32,000 nt of DNA. It comes from Alkalilimnicola ehrlichii MLHE-1. GTDB lineage: Bacteria > Pseudomonadota > Gammaproteobacteria > Nitrococcales > Halorhodospiraceae. The notes under the pieces are model-generated. The model did not search any database. It saw only the letters and a list, made by a program, of their open reading frames with translations, and was not told the DNA's origin. The stretch spans positions 1,080,001-1,112,000 of the forward strand of contig NC_008340.1 of assembly GCF_000014785.1 (NCBI RefSeq), written 5' to 3'. The position numbers were made by a program, and so were the translations under genes. This document shows, piece by piece, positions 1 to 8,906 of the stretch; the stretch's first letter is position 1, and the number at the start of each line of letters is the position of its first letter.

Positions 1-814
1 ATGCGCTCGCCGCGTCTCGGCGCAAGGTGCGTTCGATACTGAGGGTCGGGTCGTCAAGAACCTTTCGGGCGGCCTGGAATGCCAACGGGACGGTGATTTC
101 GCCCCGGTAGAGGTCGGCAATGTCCAGTGTAAAAGCGTTACTCGATTCCTCATGGATAAAGCCGAGCGGTGGCAGCGCGCCGGTGGCGGCCACAGCAATG
201 TCTGCGGCGGCCTCCACGAACGTTGCCGCATGGTTGATGGCCTGGTTGGGGACGTCCGCTGCAGATGGGTTGTTGCGATTGTAACGGCGCCCCTTCCAAG
301 GAATGCCGAAGCGGCTGGCTTCCACCCGGTAGAGCTCCTTGATGCGTCCGCCTTCAATGCCGCGCAGTACAGCGATGTCTTTATGAGGAAGCACGCGCCC
401 GAAGCGAAAGGCGTACATGCGTCGTGCGACGTCGAGCCGTTGGGTTTTGTTCGCCCAAAGCGTGGCGTGGCGCCGGGCCACATCTGAGCGGCCTTGGCCC
501 ATTGGCGGAGCCGTGTAGTATTTGGTGCCACCCCCGCCAATAGCGGCCAACAGCGTCCCGTGGCGTGCAAGGAGGCGTAATACATCGTGCGTGACCGTAC
601 TGCCAGGGCCGAGCAGAATCATTGAGAGGCCTTGGTACGGAATCGCATAATCACCGGCGGCCAGGTCTTCGGACTCTGCTGCCGTGAAATGCAGCGTGCC
701 ATCCTCTACGTACAGCCGTCCGCGTGTCAGCCACAGCAAGCCATGACGATCCACGTGAGGAATACGGGCACCGGAAAGGCCGAGGCGCCCTGGTAGGAAA
801 CCTCCCTCGCTCAT
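1..814 (-). CDS. cas1: CRISPR-associated endonuclease Cas1, subtype I-E (partial, C-terminus beyond left edge)
   Basis: Hand translation of the minus strand from the ATG at 814-812 gives MSEGGFLPGRLGLSGARIPHVDRHGLLWLTRGRLYVEDGTLHF...LLGPGSTVTHDVLRLLARHGTLLAAIGGGGTKYYTAPPMGQGRSDVARRHATLWANKTQRLDVARRMYAFRFG...RGIEGGRIKELYRVEASRFGIPWKGRRYNRNN... This is typical Cas1e. Not in the ORF track, presumably because its stop is outside the window. The start overlaps the upstream cas6e stop (ATGA). Confidence 0.95.
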   Translation of the reverse strand, partial: MSEGGFLPGRLGLSGARIPHVDRHGLLWLTRGRLYVEDGTLHFTAAESEDLAAGDYAIPYQGLSMILLGPGSTVTHDVLRLLARHGTLLAAIGGGGTKYYTAPPMGQGRSDVARRHATLWANKTQRLDVARRMYAFRFGRVLPHKDIAVLRGIEGGRIKELYRVEASRFGIPWKGRRYNRNNPSAADVPNQAINHAATFVEAAADIAVAATGALPPLGFIHEESSNAFTLDIADLYRGEITVPLAFQAARKVLDDPTLSIERTLRRDAASA

Positions 815-1529
815 GCCGGTCGAAGCAGCAGCATTCCGAAGCCGAAGGCTCGGTGTCGGCCAACGCCCCGCGCCACCAGGGTGGCGAAGGTATCGGGGTC
901 GCGTACCGTGAGTCTGCCGGTGACCAAGGCATCCGGGCGAACGAGACGCGTCTTCCCCGTCGGCGTCCGCCCTGGCCTGCCGCGCCCTGGCGCCATGTGG
1001 AGACGAGCCGGAAGGCCTTAAGCTTAAAGCTAGTGTCTTCCAGTTCCACTGCCGGGTGCAGGCGGTCAGCAGTCCAGCTGTGGTAGATCTCGCTGCGTGT
1101 GGTGTCAGCCGGTTCCTTTCCTTCCGGGAGTGCCGCGAGAAAGGCGTCCCGCTCGCCGGACTTTCCTCTCACCACTGGGCAGAGCCGACACTCAAAACCG
1201 AGGCGCTGACCAACGCGCCAGCGAATACTCCCCATATCCTTGCTCGCTGCAGTATTCCAATCGCAAGCGTTCGCTGCACTCGGGTCGGCAAAGGTGGTGG
1301 CGTGCTCACAGAGAGTTTGCGCGTCGCTGGGGCCATAACCCAACAACCGCAGACTACCCTCCCGGGTATCGATCAGCCGGAAGCTGGTCGGGCTGTGCTT
1401 GCCCAGCGTGGCGCGCAACCAGCTGTGGACGGCATAGCCCAGGTCCTCGTCTCGGCTGCGGTTATGGCCCTGGTCTTGCGCATGAGCGATGAGCTTCTCA
1501 GGCCGCAGTCGAAGGTCGATCATGTGCAT
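811..1529 (-). CDS. cas6e: CRISPR-associated endoribonuclease Cas6e/CasE with an apparent frameshift near 960-1017
   Basis: The N-terminal part is read in the frame of ORF 651..1595 (MHMIDLRLRPEKLIAHAQDQ...WRVGQRLGFECRLCPVVRG...YHSWTADRLHPAVELEDTSFKLKAFRLVSTWR). The Cas6e C-terminal motif is in a different frame, that of ORF 811..996 (VTGRLTVRDPDTFATLVARGVGRHRAFGFGMLLLRPA*). Operon position and the ATGA overlap with cas1 agree. An SD-like GGAGG precedes the ATG at 1529. Confidence 0.88.
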
Positions 1530-2251
1530 GGGGGCACCTCCGTGAGGTAGCCAGTGATCATCGGACGCAGACCCACGTGGGCCTGGGTTCGCCAATCCCG
1601 GTCGTCCGTGCGGTTCTGGCGTTGCCGGGACTCGGTGGCGGGGGCTGTTGTTCCAGGTGGCCAGCAGGCTTCGAAAAAGCGAGTGTCTGCCGCTGCGCGA
1701 GGATCCCGGGGTTCGCTGGCCAGTACGTGATAGGCGTCGTCGGATTCACGCACCCGCAGGAGCACGGGGGCCGCCGGCAGGCATGCCTTACGCCCGATGA
1801 ATAGCGGGCGGGCCGGATGGCGCAGGGCAGCCGCCAGGGTCGCAACGTTGGGCTCGCCCGGAGGGACGGTGACCGCAACGGTCATGACTCCGTTCGCCCA
1901 ATAGTGGCGGTCTCGTTGATGAATGCCCCTCTTCGCCGTGCCGCCCTCCCGATGCTCTGGGGCGCCGCGGGTGGTCCATCCCGGGTTTGCCAGGTGCGTC
2001 TGTCCTAAATCCACCGTTTGGTAGTCCCGCAAGGGTTCGGGTGGCACGTCCCATCGTGCGGCATAGCTTATTCGAGCCTGCAGGCTGTTCAGGGCCTCGG
2101 TGTCCTGATGGTGCCAGCCTAAGGCATTGGCCAGCATGCCGGTCAGCATGGATCGGCCTGGGAAGCGGTCGGTGGGATTATGCTGGTCCACTAATACTCC
2201 GCCGAAACTCATCAGCGGCGCGTCCAGGCGTAGGATCAGGCATGGCATCAT
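1520..2251 (-). CDS. cas5e: CRISPR-associated protein Cas5, subtype I-E (CasD)
   Basis: MMPCLILRLDAPLMSFGGVLVDQHNPTDRFPGRSMLTGMLANALGW is the Cas5e N-terminal signature. 4-nt overlap with the upstream cas7 stop. Confidence 0.95.
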   Translation of the reverse strand: MMPCLILRLDAPLMSFGGVLVDQHNPTDRFPGRSMLTGMLANALGWHHQDTEALNSLQARISYAARWDVPPEPLRDYQTVDLGQTHLANPGWTTRGAPEHREGGTAKRGIHQRDRHYWANGVMTVAVTVPPGEPNVATLAAALRHPARPLFIGRKACLPAAPVLLRVRESDDAYHVLASEPRDPRAAADTRFFEACWPPGTTAPATESRQRQNRTDDRDWRTQAHVGLRPMITGYLTEVPPCT

Positions 2252-3405
2252 TGACCTCCGAAGATGCTATCCAAGGCGCCGTCGATCGTTTCTGAAAGGG
2301 GGCCGCGGTGGGCGCAGGGGAGCGACGTTGTGTCCCTGGTAGCAGAGACGAAGCGACTGGTTTCCTCACCGAACATGTCATCAAGGGATTTCAGGTAATG
2401 GCCCATGGTATTAACGGACTGCTGCATCAGGTCGCCCCGCGCTGGCAGGGGTTCAAGGTAAGCGTTTGCCAAGGCACGGGGCTGGGTCGTACCGGTCTCC
2501 AACAACGCACAGTCGGTACGGGCGTAGGGAGCCGTAGCACCCAATTTGGCTCCGGGCGAGACGGTTGCGATGCTGTGTACCAGGGCCGCCAAGACATCAC
2601 GGGCGTCGGCACAAGCCTCTGTCTGTTCGCGCCATGCCTGCCGCTCACAACCGGAAAGGTTTGAGACGAGCAGTGGTACGTCCACCACGACGTACCCGTA
2701 GAAAAGCCCAGCGCCCAGTTCCATATCCCCGGCATGTGCTGCGCCGGCATCCTCGCCTGGCTCCTTCAGGTCGTCTACCACAGTGAAATAGTCCACCTCA
2801 TTGTTCAGGGAATGCACGGTAAAGGCATGGGCGACGTGGACACTGGCATCAGTGCGGGCAAGGATGTCTGACGTGACGAAACGCCCGAACAGGGCGCCCT
2901 CTATGCCCGACTCAAGGTCACTGCCTCCAGCCGCCTGAAGCAGGGCGCGGAAGTTCTTTTTCTCCGCCTTGACCCGATCCTTGAGGGTTGAGCCGGGATC
3001 TTCACCGCTACGGGCACATTCGGTGATCAAACTGACGAAGTAGTCAGCCTCTGGTCGGCCGAAAAGGACAGGTTGTTTGAGGAAAAGGGAGTCTTTCTCG
3101 CGGGCCTCTTTGCTGTGCATAACGGCGTCGATGAGCTTGCCTGTTAATTCACGCGCCTTCTCGTCTTCGACGCCCTCGGCGATAACACGTCGGCAGACCT
3201 CTCGTTCGAAGAAATGGCGGGTGCGGATTCCGCTCGGGAGGGAAATTACGTCTTTCAGGGCCTGCCGCCAGTGGCGCTTTAGGCATTGGGAGGAGACCCG
3301 CATACGTTCTGCACTGCCAAAGGGAATGCGCTTGGCAAGGCCGGCATCGTCCCGGTTAAGTAGGGCGGCATGGTAAGATGTGAGGGTGTGGATTTGCAGG
3401 AACAT
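2248..3405 (-). CDS. cas7e: CRISPR-associated protein Cas7/Cse4/CasC, subtype I-E
   Basis: MFLQIHTLTSYHAALLNRDDAGLAKRIPFGSAERMRVSSQCLKRHWRQAL... is the CasC family. Start trimmed to the ATG at 3405, preceded by AAGGAG. The longer ORF upstream lacks family similarity. Confidence 0.95.
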   Translation of the reverse strand: MFLQIHTLTSYHAALLNRDDAGLAKRIPFGSAERMRVSSQCLKRHWRQALKDVISLPSGIRTRHFFEREVCRRVIAEGVEDEKARELTGKLIDAVMHSKEAREKDSLFLKQPVLFGRPEADYFVSLITECARSGEDPGSTLKDRVKAEKKNFRALLQAAGGSDLESGIEGALFGRFVTSDILARTDASVHVAHAFTVHSLNNEVDYFTVVDDLKEPGEDAGAAHAGDMELGAGLFYGYVVVDVPLLVSNLSGCERQAWREQTEACADARDVLAALVHSIATVSPGAKLGATAPYARTDCALLETGTTQPRALANAYLEPLPARGDLMQQSVNTMGHYLKSLDDMFGEETSRFVSATRDTTSLPCAHRGPLSETIDGALDSIFGGQ

Positions 3406-3415
3406 GGTCGTCTCC

Positions 3416-3934
3416 TTATTGGCTTCCCGGGGCGGAGGTGGCGGTACGGTAATAATCCCGGGCGATCTTGCGATTGATGCGCTCGCGGGCCTCATCATCG
3501 AATGCGAAGAGCAATCGGGCGGTGTCTTTCCAGTTACAGCGGGCGCGCTGGGCAGCCAGCCTTGTCGCGGCGCGCAGGGTGAGTGTCGCCAGGACGCGGC
3601 CTTCGGCGGCCAACAGGCTCTCAAGCCGGGCCTCAGAGTAGCCTGAATCCGCAAGTGCCCGGCCCAGCGAGATATCTGGTGCGTGGGGGTTGTGATGTTG
3701 CCGTGCCAGTGCAGCGACTAGGGTACGCCACCCCATTTCCAGGCCCTCCCGCTGCCAACGGTGGGGTATGTGCCGGAGCAGGAAGCGGTGGTAGGCCAGA
3801 GGTGTTGGCCCAGTCACGCCCATACGCTTGAGGCGAGCCCGGTCTCCGTTGGGGAACGCCTGATGGTGGAGGGCTGCCGCTAGATGTGGCGCCATCTCTG
3901 AAGGGGTGTTGAACTGCCTCTCAGTGTCGGCCAT
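3416..3934 (-). CDS. casB: Type I-E Cascade small subunit Cse2/CasB
   Basis: Length and position in the operon; MADTERQFNTPSEMAPHLAAALHHQAFPNGDRARLKRMG...AYHRFLLRHIP resembles Cse2. Start trimmed from 4051 to the ATG at 3934. Confidence 0.85.
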   Translation of the reverse strand: MADTERQFNTPSEMAPHLAAALHHQAFPNGDRARLKRMGVTGPTPLAYHRFLLRHIPHRWQREGLEMGWRTLVAALARQHHNPHAPDISLGRALADSGYSEARLESLLAAEGRVLATLTLRAATRLAAQRARCNWKDTARLLFAFDDEARERINRKIARDYYRTATSAPGSQ

Positions 3935-5468
3935 GGGCCATCTCCTCCTGGAAGTGCTTGTACAGCGCCCCCCTGAACAGTCCGCTGGCGCGGACTTGGG
4001 CGCGATAACGGCGTCCAGTGCGTTGGGGTGCTGCCCCGAAGGCGTGTTCAAGGATGTTCTCCGCTAGTTGGCTTAGGCGAGCCACCCAGTCGGCTCGGGC
4101 GTCGGGTTCACTGTTGACTTCGATCGAGCTCCAGAGCCATGGAAAATAGGCATCGGCCCAGCCTTCGTCATACTCACCCAGCCAAACGGCCGTCCATTGG
4201 CCAGCCTCCCGTCGATTGGTGTCGGGCCAACCCTCCGGACCGCCCTCCAGAAGAGTGAAAAGCGCGGGCCGAAGGACTCGGCTTCTCAGGTTCCGGGCGG
4301 CGTCGATGGCCCACTCGGACCGACGGCCCAGGTGATCCGCTGGCTCGCCGCCCAGCAGTAAAAGCCGCTTGGCCTTGCTGTCGATCGGGATGTTCACTTC
4401 ATGGAAGCCGTCGGTGGTGCCCTGGCCGCGAACCAGTGCGCTGGCGTGAAAGATGGCGGCACCATCGCCGCTGGGCAACTCTTGCATGGGCGCTAGGAGA
4501 TATTCGGTCTGTGTGATGATTAGGTCCCGCAGCATATCGGGATGAAAACCGCGGGCACTGGGAGTTAACGCGCTGCCCTTTTTCCGGTGTATCGGGGTCC
4601 ATCCGTCACCGACGTTGCCGGCGAGTTCTTTGCCACCGGCAATGCGGGCGGCCTTGGTGGGTTTCCCAAGTGCGGCGATGCCCGTTGGCTTCGAAACGAG
4701 GCGGACGAGGCGGCAGATCTCGATAAAATATGGATGCAGCGTCTCGAGTCCAATGCTTGTCTGGCCATCCCAGGGCAGAGTCCAAAGCAGCAAATGGCCG
4801 TCGTCGCGAAACGGCCAAGGTGGCTGGGTCAGGTGGGTCCTTTGTGCGTTGAGTCGGGCTAGGTCTTCCCGCCAGCGCTCAGATGGTTGGAGGGTGCGGT
4901 TGACGCCTACGCAGACCCTCACGCCGAAGCCGCCATTCATTCTGCTTATGCCATAATTGCCCTGACCCAGGAACCCGCTCATCGTCTGTGACGAGATCAG
5001 TGCCAGTGCCCAGTCTTCCGGGCTCGCATGCGTTAGACGCGAAGCTTTCAAATCGTGGTTTTTCGCGGTTTGCAGTACATCGAGTTCATCGGGAGTGGCG
5101 GCCTTGGGTTTGTAGCCGGCCAGATCGTTGCTTGGTATCGGGGGCTGCATGAACGCCGGCTTGCCTGGGCCATCGACTGCAAGCGTCCATGCGCAGTCGT
5201 CCGCGTAGTCGCTCAACAAACGCAACGACTGTTTCCATCGGTCCTCCTCCTGCGGGGGGTCGGGCTGGTCGGCGCACTCCAGGGCGGCGGCCGAGAGGTA
5301 ACAAAGAAAGATGTGAAATGCATCTATTTGATGGCGCTGCACCCCCGTGAGGCTCTCTACCTCCCCCCGAGCCAGCGCGGCGAGTAGGCCGGGGAGCGAC
5401 AGCCGGCGGTGTTGTTGGTCGGGCGTTAGGATGCCGAAAACATTGTCAGTGAGGAGGTTGGCGTTCAT
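3921..5468 (-). CDS. casA: Type I-E Cascade large subunit Cse1/CasA (Cas8e)
   Basis: MNANLLTDNVFGILTPDQQHRRLSLPGLLAALARGEVESLTGVQRHQIDAFHIFL...GNYGISRMNGGFGVRV matches the Cse1 family. ATGA overlap with the cas3 stop. Confidence 0.93.
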   Translation of the reverse strand: MNANLLTDNVFGILTPDQQHRRLSLPGLLAALARGEVESLTGVQRHQIDAFHIFLCYLSAAALECADQPDPPQEEDRWKQSLRLLSDYADDCAWTLAVDGPGKPAFMQPPIPSNDLAGYKPKAATPDELDVLQTAKNHDLKASRLTHASPEDWALALISSQTMSGFLGQGNYGISRMNGGFGVRVCVGVNRTLQPSERWREDLARLNAQRTHLTQPPWPFRDDGHLLLWTLPWDGQTSIGLETLHPYFIEICRLVRLVSKPTGIAALGKPTKAARIAGGKELAGNVGDGWTPIHRKKGSALTPSARGFHPDMLRDLIITQTEYLLAPMQELPSGDGAAIFHASALVRGQGTTDGFHEVNIPIDSKAKRLLLLGGEPADHLGRRSEWAIDAARNLRSRVLRPALFTLLEGGPEGWPDTNRREAGQWTAVWLGEYDEGWADAYFPWLWSSIEVNSEPDARADWVARLSQLAENILEHAFGAAPQRTGRRYRAQVRASGLFRGALYKHFQEEMAHGRH

Positions 5469-8089
5469 CGGTCGAGCTCCAGTCCGAATCGGGTATAGCG
5501 GTAGTCACGGCCACCGTAACGGAAGGTCACGACATCACGGGTCGCGTCAGGTGCGGCCTCTGGCGCGGTGGCGTCAGTGTCTCCGGCCATCCAGCCGGGA
5601 ACGGGCAGTTCATGCAGTGTTTGGCCAAACGGGCTGGTGATTGGCGGGTCCAGGGATAGGCGCCGGTCCTCGAGCCCCAACCGCGTGGCGAGCCTCTCAT
5701 CAAAATCCCCGAAACGGAGTTCCGGTCCAAAAGGCTGATGCCAAGGCATTAGGGCGGTCCGTGCAGCGAGCCCGTGTGCCGTGGCGGTGCCCAGCAGTTG
5801 TTGCTGGTGTCCGTCCCATGGTGGGCCGGTGAAACGTGCGAGGCGTTCGGGATGGACTGTGGTCTCAATCAGTTCCCGGTTGTCGTCCGGGATACGGATG
5901 GTACAGCCAGCGCCGATGCGCTCGATGGTGAGCTGGGCTATGCGCAGATCGGGGTAAACCCTCCCCAGCCCGGCGAGGCCGTGGAGCCTTCCCTTGGCGT
6001 CGAACCAAGCTTCAAGACTGGGTTCCGCAGGCATCAGCACAGTACACGTAGGTGTATCAAAACCGGGAGGGCGACGTCGCGTGTGGCGATGCAGCCGGCC
6101 AATGCGCTGAAGGAGAACATCCATGGGGCAGAGATCCGTGATGAGCCAGTCTGCGTCGATGTCCAGGCTTTGCTCCAGTGTCTGGGTGCCGACGAGCAGC
6201 AGCGCACCGTCAGGGGATCCTTTCCCGAACACGCGGCTGACCTCCCTGTCCAGGATGAGTCTGTCGGCGCGGGCAAAGCGGCCATGGTGGGGGCAGGTTT
6301 GATTGTTGACGCAGAAGAGCGTGCGGGCAACCACGGGGTCCGCTTCCGCTGCCCGTAGGAAGTCAATGGCTCGGGCGACCGTGTTGAGGACCACTAGCAC
6401 CCGGGCGCCCGCACGGAGGGCCTCTGCGACCCGGGGCTGTAGTGCCTTTGGTTCCGCGAGGTATGGTGCCGGTTCAAGTTGTACAGCTTTCTGGCGGGTC
6501 CCGACACCTCCAATCGGGGTGGGGGCGCTCCCGCTGCCGGTTAGAGCGGGGTAAGGGCTTTGGATGGCTTCACTGAACGATGGAACTACGGGCACCGCAC
6601 TTTGTGGTGTGAGGAAAGCCTCCCGGGCATCAGCACTGAGAGTGGCGGAGAGAAGCAGCGCCCGGGCACCGGATCTGGTGTGGTGATCGAGCAATGCGCG
6701 GAGAAGGCCACGCATATAGGTATCCGAGGCGTGGACCTCATCCACCACCAGCAACGAGCGCTCCAGGCAGACGGCCCTGAGGTGGGCGTGGTTGACCTGC
6801 ATCGTAGCCATCAGCGCCTGATCCACTGTGCCCACAGCGATCGGCGCTGCGAGAAAGCGCTTGGGCCGCTCAGCAGCCCAGGCACGCTCCCGTCGGCGTA
6901 GGGTTTCGTCATCCTGCCAGAGGTTGTCCTCCGAAGGTAGCGCTTGTTCACCATCGACTTTTGCGTAGCCCGGCACGGCTAGCAACACTGGTGGCGCGTT
7001 GTCCCTGAATACCTCCTTTACAAAGAGGAGGATGCGTTCATACAGTTCCCGCGCCGCCACCCGAGTGGGGAGCGCGAAGTAGAGGGAATCCACCTCACCT
7101 CGCGCGAACAATTGGAAGAAGCAGGCTAGAGCGGCCTCGGTTTTGCCAGAGCCGGTATCGGACTCCGCAATCATCACCGGCACGTTGGGCGGATCCATGA
7201 GCGCAGCCTGCAGGGCCGTCGGGCTAAAACCGGGAAACAGGTCGGTAAAGCCTGCGCGAGGGTCTAGACGGGAGCGGAAGGGCTGACTGTTGAGTCCGAT
7301 TGTTGTGATTGCCTCGCTGGCGGCGCGCTGCGCAAACGCAGCCCTGCATTCAGGTCCATGGCGGAATGGAAAAAAGCCTTCATGGGAACCGATCCAATCG
7401 GCCAGCATAACCAGGCCAGCAAAGCGGTGCTGAAGTTCAGGAGTGGGGGAGAGGGGAGATGCATCTCCGGTAAAGGCCTGCGGGAAGGCTTGCCTTACGG
7501 TAAGGGTAAGGTTAGTCAGGTCCTCGAGGGGGTCAATGCCGTCTCGGGGTAGCCAGTAACGGCGGTACCGGTTCGTTTCTGTGTGGTCCAGTTTGATCGG
7601 CTTTCCATGGTGGGAGATGCTGGCCAATAGCATGCCTAGCGTGCCCTCAGCATCGTCGAACCAGCTAGCTATTTCGTCGAACCCAAGACTGTCCAACAGC
7701 CGTTTTTGAAGGTCTGGATCGTATAGCAGTGCCGATATTTCATGGACATGCCCGGCTGTGTCCCGAGGCTCCCGGCGTGCTTTGGCTTGGAAACCATGGT
7801 TGCACTTGCCTATGTCATGAAGAAAAGCCAGGGCCGCGAGCCTTTCTAGGTGAACGGGGGTAGGGGCATGGCCGATGGCCTGGCTCAGGGCTCGGTGCGC
7901 CGCGTTTGTGCGGCATAAGGCCAAGAATACGAAGGCTACGTCGGTGCAATGGTCTGCCAGTGGGAGCCAAGCCTCCACCTCACCAGCGGGACCTTTGTGG
8001 AGTTTGCCCCAAAGGTAGGGCTGCCTCTCCCCAGCGGAGTCCGTGGGCTTCCCTCCTTGGCTGCAATCGCTGTTCTCCATGCTGCCCAC
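5465..8089 (-). CDS. cas3: CRISPR-associated helicase/nuclease Cas3, type I-E
   Basis: HD domain (FLHDIGKCNHGFQAKA, ISHHGKP, LADWIGS), Walker A (ESDTGSGKTEAAL), DEVH box (VVDEVHASDTYMRGLLRALL), LLSATLS and GTQTLEQSLDIDADWLITDLCPMDVLLQRIGRLHRH. Confidence 0.96.
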   Translation of the reverse strand: MGSMENSDCSQGGKPTDSAGERQPYLWGKLHKGPAGEVEAWLPLADHCTDVAFVFLALCRTNAAHRALSQAIGHAPTPVHLERLAALAFLHDIGKCNHGFQAKARREPRDTAGHVHEISALLYDPDLQKRLLDSLGFDEIASWFDDAEGTLGMLLASISHHGKPIKLDHTETNRYRRYWLPRDGIDPLEDLTNLTLTVRQAFPQAFTGDASPLSPTPELQHRFAGLVMLADWIGSHEGFFPFRHGPECRAAFAQRAASEAITTIGLNSQPFRSRLDPRAGFTDLFPGFSPTALQAALMDPPNVPVMIAESDTGSGKTEAALACFFQLFARGEVDSLYFALPTRVAARELYERILLFVKEVFRDNAPPVLLAVPGYAKVDGEQALPSEDNLWQDDETLRRRERAWAAERPKRFLAAPIAVGTVDQALMATMQVNHAHLRAVCLERSLLVVDEVHASDTYMRGLLRALLDHHTRSGARALLLSATLSADAREAFLTPQSAVPVVPSFSEAIQSPYPALTGSGSAPTPIGGVGTRQKAVQLEPAPYLAEPKALQPRVAEALRAGARVLVVLNTVARAIDFLRAAEADPVVARTLFCVNNQTCPHHGRFARADRLILDREVSRVFGKGSPDGALLLVGTQTLEQSLDIDADWLITDLCPMDVLLQRIGRLHRHTRRRPPGFDTPTCTVLMPAEPSLEAWFDAKGRLHGLAGLGRVYPDLRIAQLTIERIGAGCTIRIPDDNRELIETTVHPERLARFTGPPWDGHQQQLLGTATAHGLAARTALMPWHQPFGPELRFGDFDERLATRLGLEDRRLSLDPPITSPFGQTLHELPVPGWMAGDTDATAPEAAPDATRDVVTFRYGGRDYRYTRFGLELDR

Positions 8090-8310
8090 GATTAGATCAC
8101 CAAATACTAGTCATCAAATAAAGGAGTCTGAGATTTACATTCTCCAAACACATTAGCAGGTGGATGGCTCAGGTGCATATCCTGGCATTGGATGTGGGAG
8201 TCAGTTGCGATGACTTGAGAAGCTCCCTTCGCGATCTGTGTGGGAGCTAGGGCACGCAGGAGGAGGTACCCTGGTCGTGGTCAGTGACGACGCCCTTCGC
8301 GCGTCCTCCA

Positions 8311-8490
8311 TCACCATCGTCTATTTCCACTTACCCGCGGTGCAGCGGACAGATGGTTCGCCGTTTGTTCGAGTTCGATCATGGCTTCCAGCCGCTCGCG
8401 AGCGGAGCGCCGCAGCATTTCCCGGATCCGGAGGCGCCGAACGCCTTCGAAGGTGGCGGTTGCCCAGGTATCGGTCTCTTTTCTAGCCAT
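8311..8490 (-). CDS. Small conserved-looking hypothetical protein (59 aa)
   Basis: Hand translation gives MARKETDTWATATFEGVRRLRIREMLRRSARERLEAMIELEQTANHLSAAPRVSGNRRW*. Below the ORF-track length cutoff. The TFEG-x-RR-x(4)-RE-x(9)-RE-RLEAM pattern looks like a charged antitoxin-like small protein; the family was not verified. Confidence 0.45.
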   Translation of the reverse strand: MARKETDTWATATFEGVRRLRIREMLRRSARERLEAMIELEQTANHLSAAPRVSGNRRW

Positions 8491-8740
8491 CGTCTTTGTC
8501 CCGCCAGCGTTCCTCGACAGTCTGTTGCCAGTGTCTGATTGCGTCCCGGTCCGTGCACCGTCTCATGGCGATCAGGGCTTCGGGAGTAATTTCAGGCCCC
8601 GTATGAGTTACCAAGCCGCGTACAGAAGATTGTTGCAGTGCAGGAAACCTTCCCTGGCGGTGTGGTTTTGAGCATCGACTACAAAGCGGGGCCTGTAGGC
8701 ACTTAGGTAAAACGCTAGCCCTGTTTGTGCCTACCTTCAA
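8483..8740 (-). CDS. Hypothetical, possible C-terminal remnant of a partner gene; only the tail looks protein-like
   Basis: The C-terminal ~45 aa (GLVTHTGPEITPEALIAMRRCTDRDAIRHWQQTVEERWRDKDDG*) has balanced composition and overlaps the next small ORF by 8 nt. The N-terminal part looks random. Confidence 0.3.
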   Translation of the reverse strand: MKVGTNRASVLPKCLQAPLCSRCSKPHRQGRFPALQQSSVRGLVTHTGPEITPEALIAMRRCTDRDAIRHWQQTVEERWRDKDDG

Positions 8741-8906
8741 TACCAGAAGGCAATAATGACTGTCCCCAACGCCTATCGCAGGACAAGCCCATGATCACCA
8801 TTGAATTGCACAAATCAGCCTAGGCTCCGCACGTGGCTCACGAAGTGCTGGTCGTTATCCCCGTTACCGGCACGCCGCTTTCCTTCTCACCATGCCCCTT
8901 GGCGCG

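Noticed and set aside
651-1595. 314-aa ORF taken at face value as one protein
   Set aside because: The C-terminal part past the frameshift (GRRRGRRVSFARMPW...) has no Cas6e similarity and runs through the start of cas1; the real C-terminus is in ORF 811..996.
8090-8310. Search for a second CRISPR array or leader upstream of cas3
   Set aside because: No repeated 28-29-bp direct repeats or I-E-like GTGTTCCCCGC...GGGGAT palindromes were found.
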